Assembly: GCA_934457145.1 (NCBI GenBank)
Contig: CAKSHP010000001.1
Coordinates: 129,903-193,902, forward strand
DNA length: 64,000 nt
Reading direction: 5' to 3'
From: an uncultured Clostridia bacterium
GTDB lineage: Bacteria > Bacillota > Clostridia > UBA1381 > UMGS1253
In this document: positions 58,464-64,000 of the stretch, in pieces
How positions within the stretch are numbered: position 1 is the stretch's first letter
Layout of the letters: every line of letters begins with the position of its first letter
Position numbers and translations under genes: made by a program
The notes under the pieces: model-generated
Seen by the model: only the letters and a program-made list of their open reading frames with translations
What the model was told of the DNA's origin: nothing
The model's database searches: none

Positions 58464-60413
58464 ATGTTTATGTTTTTACGAACAGCGGCAGCCGTGCCGG
58501 GAGTATCTGTGGCAGATACGATATATAATACGGAAGAAATTATAAAGAAAATGAATGAGGCGGAGGAAAAAAACGTAAATATTACGGTGTTTCCGGAGCT
58601 TTGTATAACAGGGTATACCTGTGCGGATTTATTTTTTCAAAAAACGCTTATTGACGGAGCGGCTTTGGGCCTTGTCAAGATTCTTGAGGCGAGCGAAAAA
58701 TTAAAAGGCGCTTTTGCAGTCGGTCTGCCGCTTCAGATAAACGGTCAGCTTTATAACTGTGCAGTATTTTTGAAAGGCGGCAGGGTTTTGGGAATTTGTC
58801 CGAAAACATTTATGCCGAATTATAACGAATTTTACGAAAAAAGATGGTTTTCCGTGTCGGAAGAGCTTGAAGAAGAAAATGTTTGTTCGTCCGAGATAGG
58901 AATTCCCGGCGAAAGTTACAGCATACCTGTAGGAAGAAATTTGATTTTTAAAGTGTTCGGAATTAATGTGGGCATTGAGCTTTGCGAGGATTTGTGGACG
59001 CCGCTGCCGCCAAGCACCTTTCTGGCAATGAACGGAGCCGAGGTTATTTTAAATTTATCGGCAAGCAACGAAACGATATCAAAAAGAACATACAGACAAA
59101 GTCTTGTAAGCCAGCAGTCGGCAAGAAATATATGCGCATATGTTTATGCAAGTGCCGGAGCGGACGAGTCAACAACCGACCTTATTTTTTCGGGACATTC
59201 AATAATATGTGAAAACGGCAGCATTTTAAAGGAAAACGAAAAACTTATTGATAATAATTATCTTCTTGCCTGCGATATCGATATTGAAAAAATCAGAGCC
59301 GACAGAAAAAAGATAAAAAGCTTTAAAGACGCGGCAGCGCTTTACGCGGGACTTGAAAAGGCAAGACGCGTGTTTGTTTGCGCAGATGAACCCGATTGCG
59401 ATGCATCGATGTATAGTATAAGAAAACTGCCGTTTGTGCCGGAGGGCAAAACCGACAGATTAAAAAGATGTATGGATATTTTTGAGATGCAGGTTGCGGG
59501 ACTGAAAAAACGCATGAGTGCAGCGGGAAACAAGCTTGTTATCGGTGTTTCGGGCGGGCTTGACTCAACACTTGCGCTTTTGGTGTGTGTGCGTGCGGTA
59601 AGCGAGATGAATTTGCCGGCAAGCAGTGTACACGGGATAACGCTGCCGTGTTTCGGAACATCGTCGCGGACATATAAAAATGCTGTTGAGCTGATGCGTG
59701 TGCTCGGAATAAGCTGGAAAGAAATAAATATAAAAGATGCATGCACGCTGCATTGCAAAGACATAGGCCATGAGATGGACAACTTTAATGTGACGTATGA
59801 AAACATTCAGGCAAGAGAGAGAACACAGGTGCTTATGGATTATGCCTGCAAAATCGGCGGGTTTGTTGTCGGAACGGGGGATTTGAGCGAGCTTGCGCTC
59901 GGGTGGTGTACGTATAATGCGGATCACATGAGCATGTACGGTGTGAACGCAAGCATACCGAAAACCCTCATACGCTGGATGATAGATGCAACGCGCGAAT
60001 ATAATATATTTCCCGGCAGCGCCGATGTTTTAAAAGATATTATTGATACGCCCATAAGTCCGGAGCTTCTTCCGCCGGATAAAAACGGACAGATATCTCA
60101 GGAAACGGAGAGCTTTGTGGGACCGTATCCGTTAAATGACTTCTTTTTATATTATGTGCTTCGCTGCGGCTTTGAACCAAAAAAGATATATATGCTTGCA
60201 GCGCGTGCGTTTGACGGTGAATACGACAAAAAAACAATATTAAAATGGTTAAAAACATTCTACCGAAGGTTTTTCACGCAGCAGTTTAAACGCAGCTGTC
60301 TGCCGGACGGAGTTAAGGTGGGAAGCGTGTGTCTGTCGCCGCGCGGTGACTGGCGCATGCCGAGCGATGCGTCGTTTAAATTGTGGTTAGAAGACATTGA
60401 AAAAATGAGCTGA
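58464..60413 (+). CDS. nadE: Glutamine-dependent NAD+ synthetase (long form)
   Basis: The N-terminal CN-hydrolase domain shows VFPELCITGY and the catalytic-type CEDLW. The C-terminal synthetase domain shows the VIGVSGGLDS P-loop. Confidence 0.93.
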   Translation: MFMFLRTAAAVPGVSVADTIYNTEEIIKKMNEAEEKNVNITVFPELCITGYTCADLFFQKTLIDGAALGLVKILEASEKLKGAFAVGLPLQINGQLYNCAVFLKGGRVLGICPKTFMPNYNEFYEKRWFSVSEELEEENVCSSEIGIPGESYSIPVGRNLIFKVFGINVGIELCEDLWTPLPPSTFLAMNGAEVILNLSASNETISKRTYRQSLVSQQSARNICAYVYASAGADESTTDLIFSGHSIICENGSILKENEKLIDNNYLLACDIDIEKIRADRKKIKSFKDAAALYAGLEKARRVFVCADEPDCDASMYSIRKLPFVPEGKTDRLKRCMDIFEMQVAGLKKRMSAAGNKLVIGVSGGLDSTLALLVCVRAVSEMNLPASSVHGITLPCFGTSSRTYKNAVELMRVLGISWKEINIKDACTLHCKDIGHEMDNFNVTYENIQARERTQVLMDYACKIGGFVVGTGDLSELALGWCTYNADHMSMYGVNASIPKTLIRWMIDATREYNIFPGSADVLKDIIDTPISPELLPPDKNGQISQETESFVGPYPLNDFFLYYVLRCGFEPKKIYMLAARAFDGEYDKKTILKWLKTFYRRFFTQQFKRSCLPDGVKVGSVCLSPRGDWRMPSDASFKLWLEDIEKMS

Positions 60414-60508
60414 AAAGGAAATGTGCCGATTTTAAAACAGTCGGGTGCGCAATATGCACAAAAATCCAAAAGCCTGTTAGTAAAAAATCAACAAAAAAAA
60501 TATATTTA

Positions 60509-60537
60509 TTGACTATTAAATGTAATTGTATTATAAT
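60509..60537 (+). promoter_or_regulatory. Near-consensus sigma-A promoter for the large surface-protein gene
   Basis: TTGACT (60509-60514), 17-nt spacer, TATAAT (60532-60537). Confidence 0.6.
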
Positions 60538-60591
60538 ATATTTGCAAAGGTTTATATGCAAAAAAAATTTTTATGAAAGAGGGAAACCAGT

Positions 60592-63500
60592 ATGAAGAAA
60601 ATTTTGAGCGTGCTTCTTACAGTAGCTATGCTTATCACATTGCTTCCGGCAATGAGTGCATTTGCGGCTAAATATGATGGCACGCAGGTAGTGTACGAAG
60701 CGGCAGATGTTGCTTGTAAGTCAGGCGATACAATAACATTAGAGCTTAAATATAAATCGGGCTTTAGTGTTTTGGAGGGTGTAGCATTTAATGTTAAATT
60801 TAACCCTGAATATTTGACGTATGTTGCAAACAGCACTACGATTCCCGGTGGTGACAGGTGGACATTGAATTATGCCGCGCTTACCAGAGATGGGGATGCT
60901 GTGAATGTTCAAATTTTGTCGGCTAAGCCGGATGAAGACGTATCTATTACTGCTGATGAAAGTCTTGTGACTTTACAATTTAAGGTTAAAGAAGGTATAG
61001 CGGATTATACAGAAACACCTGTTAATTTTGAGATAGTTGACAAGTATTTGTATTGGGATGACGATGCCGGTGACAGCGGTGATATTGCTTCTAAGGTGTC
61101 AATAAAGAATTGCACAGTAAAAATCGGCACACCTTCCACGGACACACCTCCGACACCGTCAGGAAAGAAAGAAATCACAAACATTGTAACAAAAGATACT
61201 ACAATGGCAGGATATGTTACTGCGGGTACAGCTGTTTACAAGGTAGTTCCTGCAAGCAAGACGGATGTTTATGATGTAAGCGCAAAAAAATATGACACAA
61301 AAGAAGAGGCTCAGGCTAAAATTGATGCAGCTGATGCATATTTAGCAGGTCTTGGACTCGGCGAGCATGCAAGCCGCGGTTCTAACATTTGGAGTACATA
61401 TCCTCAGGTAAACGGTACATCTATTGATAATCCTATGCAGATTATATCGTCTAACACTATTGCAGACGTTATAAACGGAGAATCGTATTTGATAAAGGCT
61501 CAGAAGGGTCATAGTGTTACATTGCTTAAGGATTCAGACGAAAAGGTAACGGGCATTTCCAATCAGAATATGCTCGGTACTGACGAAGAATACGTTAAAT
61601 TTGATGTAAACGCTTCCGGTACAATGTATGTTGTTGAAACAAACGGATACGGTTATCCGGGCGGTATTGCAGCAGGATATGAAAAAATGTCCGGCACAAT
61701 CGGCGGATGCGCTGCATATGCAAAGCATTTTGATATCGGCGATGCAAGCAGCATAACGGTTACTGTTCCTGCCCAGGGATTAAGCGATGAGACAATCCGC
61801 GCTAAAATGAACGCAAGCGGCAGAATAGCTAATACACAGGGTTACATATTCGTATTTGACGATGGAACAACTGCTGAAATAAACAATGTTAAAACAGAAA
61901 TCGGCGGAACAGCAGCGGTTGTTAACTGCGAATCCGGCACATATGAATACACAATCAACACAATGCCTTACACAGGAAAAGTTGACCTTGAGATAGGCAA
62001 AAAAGCAAGCGCACAGAAGATAACAGGCGACACATCAGTTGAGCTTGCAGCAGGTAACGGCGAAGCTAACTTTACTGTTACTTCCGGCGACGGCAGCGCT
62101 TCACAGGATTATAAGATAATATTTGCTTGCGAACCTTATAAAATTGTATCGCCCACAAAGGGTGCCGGCGCAAGCTGGATAGCAGGTATTTACGGACCTG
62201 CAGCAGAGAAGAAGGGCATAAACTACATAGCTGTTGAAAATGCAGATGTTGCAAACACCTTTGTATACAGCGACAGAGATAATAAAGCATACGGCAGCGC
62301 AAACCTGCAGGGTGCAACTGTTATCAGAACACCTAAAAATGAAGCTCCGTCAAACTATACAAACGTTGAAGTATTTGACGAAAACGGAAAAAGCGGTTCG
62401 AATATAACATTTACAAAAACGATTGAAGGCAAGGAACCGCAAACGCTTACAGGCAGAGTTGACGGTGCATTTGACGGTGAAGCCGGCAAAGAAAACAAAT
62501 CCGGTTTCCGTCTTGTAAAGGCATCTTCTGTAAGCAATGCGTTCTTTAGCGGAAAATATGACGGAACAGACGGCAATTGGTGGGTAACATTTATTCCTAC
62601 AAGCGATTGTACGGTAGTTATCGGCGATAAGGTTGGCATGGGTTATCCGAACCTTGACAGAACACTTTGGAAGAATAACACAAACTATAATTATTCGCAG
62701 GGTGCAAATCATTCATATGTAAGACACTTTAAAGCGGGCGAAGTTGTTCAGATTCCGAACTACGGTGTTTCCGGTACACTGGCAGACAAAACAAAAATTA
62801 CTTATGAATACTATGACAACACAGGCACAAAGGTAAAAGCTGAGTCGACAGTAGGCGCTGACTATAAATGCTGGGAAGACTTAACGTTTGCAATTGTTTG
62901 GGACGCTAAGGCTGTTGATAACAATGCTTCATACATCAAAATTGATGATGTGCTGATCAAAGACTTTAAAGCTGATACTTTAGATTACACTTATGAAATT
63001 CCTTACGGAACAGAAAGCGTTAAACTTACAGCAGCAGCTGCTGACTCAATCGCTAAGATTGAAGGCGGCGAAGGCACATTCAAAGCAGGCGAGACTGCAA
63101 CAATTAAGATCACTTCCGGTAACGGAACAGAAAAGACATACACTGTAACATTTACTCAGGCTGCTCCTCCGGTAAGCACAGATGCAACTCTTAAGGCAAT
63201 CACTGTAAACGGTGTTGCAGTAGCAGATTTTGCAGTTGATAAGTATGCTTATGATGTAACTATTCCTTACGGCGCAGATGTTGACATTAAGTGGACATTG
63301 TCAGACGAAAAGGCAAGCGCTGCTCTTACAAACGAAGGTAACGTTTATAAGATTACAGTTACAGCTGAAGATACGACAACAGTTTTGGAATATGTTATAA
63401 ACATCACAAGTGATGTTAAGAAAAATGAACTCAAAACTTCCGCAATCGGCGGCGGCAGCATTCTGGCTACGTACGGCTCGGTTACAGAAGAAGGCTGGGG

Positions 63501-64000
63501 CAGTGCAAAAACAGAAAGCTTTGTAACAGGAACTGAAATCACATTGAAGGCTGTTGCAGGCGAAGGCGAAGAATTCCTTTACTGGAAAGATAACCAGACT
63601 TCAAGAGTTGTTTCTTACTTCAATGAGTATTCATTTATAATCGGTACAGGCAGAGATCTCTCGGCTGTATTTAAAACAACAGGAAGCTACAGCGTTAAGT
63701 TTATGGATATGAACTACAAAGTAGTGGGTGAAGGTGTAAGCACAGATACTATCACAGTACCGAAGAATCCTTATTTGATGGGATACACATTTGGCGGCTG
63801 GAAGATTGGCGATACTGTTAAGAGCGAATATGTTGCAGGATATGAAATCGCTGCAAACACGTTCGGCGAAGACACAGTTATTACAGCAATTCAGAACCAG
63901 GATGCTACAAAGTATCAGGTAACATTTGTTGATGTAAAGAACTACACATCGGGCAGCTACAAATATAATCAGGGCTTCACAGCAGAGCATATTGATGCCG
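60592..64000 (+). CDS. Large secreted protein (>1136 aa, 3' end outside window): cohesin-like N-terminal module, cadherin-like beta-sandwich modules, Listeria-Bacteroides repeats
   Basis: This ORF is not in the supplied track because it runs off the window. I translated 60592 to 64000 by hand and found no stop. AAAGAGGGA RBS. The signal peptide is MKKILSVLLTVAMLITLLPAMSAFA/AK. Only short antisense ORFs overlap it. Confidence 0.85.
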   Translation, partial: MKKILSVLLTVAMLITLLPAMSAFAAKYDGTQVVYEAADVACKSGDTITLELKYKSGFSVLEGVAFNVKFNPEYLTYVANSTTIPGGDRWTLNYAALTRDGDAVNVQILSAKPDEDVSITADESLVTLQFKVKEGIADYTETPVNFEIVDKYLYWDDDAGDSGDIASKVSIKNCTVKIGTPSTDTPPTPSGKKEITNIVTKDTTMAGYVTAGTAVYKVVPASKTDVYDVSAKKYDTKEEAQAKIDAADAYLAGLGLGEHASRGSNIWSTYPQVNGTSIDNPMQIISSNTIADVINGESYLIKAQKGHSVTLLKDSDEKVTGISNQNMLGTDEEYVKFDVNASGTMYVVETNGYGYPGGIAAGYEKMSGTIGGCAAYAKHFDIGDASSITVTVPAQGLSDETIRAKMNASGRIANTQGYIFVFDDGTTAEINNVKTEIGGTAAVVNCESGTYEYTINTMPYTGKVDLEIGKKASAQKITGDTSVELAAGNGEANFTVTSGDGSASQDYKIIFACEPYKIVSPTKGAGASWIAGIYGPAAEKKGINYIAVENADVANTFVYSDRDNKAYGSANLQGATVIRTPKNEAPSNYTNVEVFDENGKSGSNITFTKTIEGKEPQTLTGRVDGAFDGEAGKENKSGFRLVKASSVSNAFFSGKYDGTDGNWWVTFIPTSDCTVVIGDKVGMGYPNLDRTLWKNNTNYNYSQGANHSYVRHFKAGEVVQIPNYGVSGTLADKTKITYEYYDNTGTKVKAESTVGADYKCWEDLTFAIVWDAKAVDNNASYIKIDDVLIKDFKADTLDYTYEIPYGTESVKLTAAAADSIAKIEGGEGTFKAGETATIKITSGNGTEKTYTVTFTQAAPPVSTDATLKAITVNGVAVADFAVDKYAYDVTIPYGADVDIKWTLSDEKASAALTNEGNVYKITVTAEDTTTVLEYVINITSDVKKNELKTSAIGGGSILATYGSVTEEGWGSAKTESFVTGTEITLKAVAGEGEEFLYWKDNQTSRVVSYFNEYSFIIGTGRDLSAVFKTTGSYSVKFMDMNYKVVGEGVSTDTITVPKNPYLMGYTFGGWKIGDTVKSEYVAGYEIAANTFGEDTVITAIQNQDATKYQVTFVDVKNYTSGSYKYNQGFTAEHIDA

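Noticed and set aside
1-64000. Defence island, prophage, integrative element, toxin-antitoxin pair, tRNA or rRNA genes.
   Set aside because: There is no integrase, transposase, recombinase, nuclease/helicase cluster, RT or Cas. I saw no tRNA-like T-arm motifs, and no long GC-rich non-coding stretch apart from the glycolytic spacers.

Overview
This 64-kb window looks like a low-GC Firmicutes chromosome, probably Clostridia-like. That placement is inferred from gene content and RBS/promoter style and is not verified. All function calls rest on motifs I recognise by eye; no search or alignment was run.

The content is overwhelmingly core housekeeping:
- divIVA-like (5' truncated), yycI-like, ygiQ, folD, rsmG, a parB/noc-like gene, trmK and nif3
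- a minus-strand glmS-ispD-ispF-PHP operon
- secA plus a histidine phosphatase
- rpoB-rpoC standing alone, without ribosomal-protein genes
- radC, a PrsA-like PPIase and a PflX-like radical SAM gene
- a minus-strand pgk-tpiA-gpmI cluster followed by gyrA
- two CUT1 sugar permeases, malQ and nadE

Accessory-looking content:
- a small glycosidase cluster at 15.1-19.7 kb (BNR protein, frameshifted XRE gene, lipoprotein, GH78-like hydrolase)
- a heterodimeric ABC exporter pair
- mgtC, araC and fadD
- two very large secreted multidomain proteins: 2400 aa at 23.8-31.0 kb, and more than 1136 aa from 60592 running off the window end. The second is absent from the ORF track; I translated it by hand and found no stop codon.

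I saw no rRNA, tRNA, CRISPR array, transposase, integrase, phage gene or recognisable defence gene, and I cannot point to a clear novel multi-gene system.

The strongest unexplained signals are:
1. a 2.1-copy ~177-nt tandem repeat with three hairpins per unit in the pgk-tpiA spacer, which triplicates the tpiA Shine-Dalgarno region
2. a shared, colinear C-terminal cassette on the two giant secreted proteins
3. an XRE regulator interrupted at an A7 tract
4. a sugar permease with a ~150-aa charged N-terminal extension and no adjacent binding-protein gene
5. several exact repeats and palindromes in promoter regions
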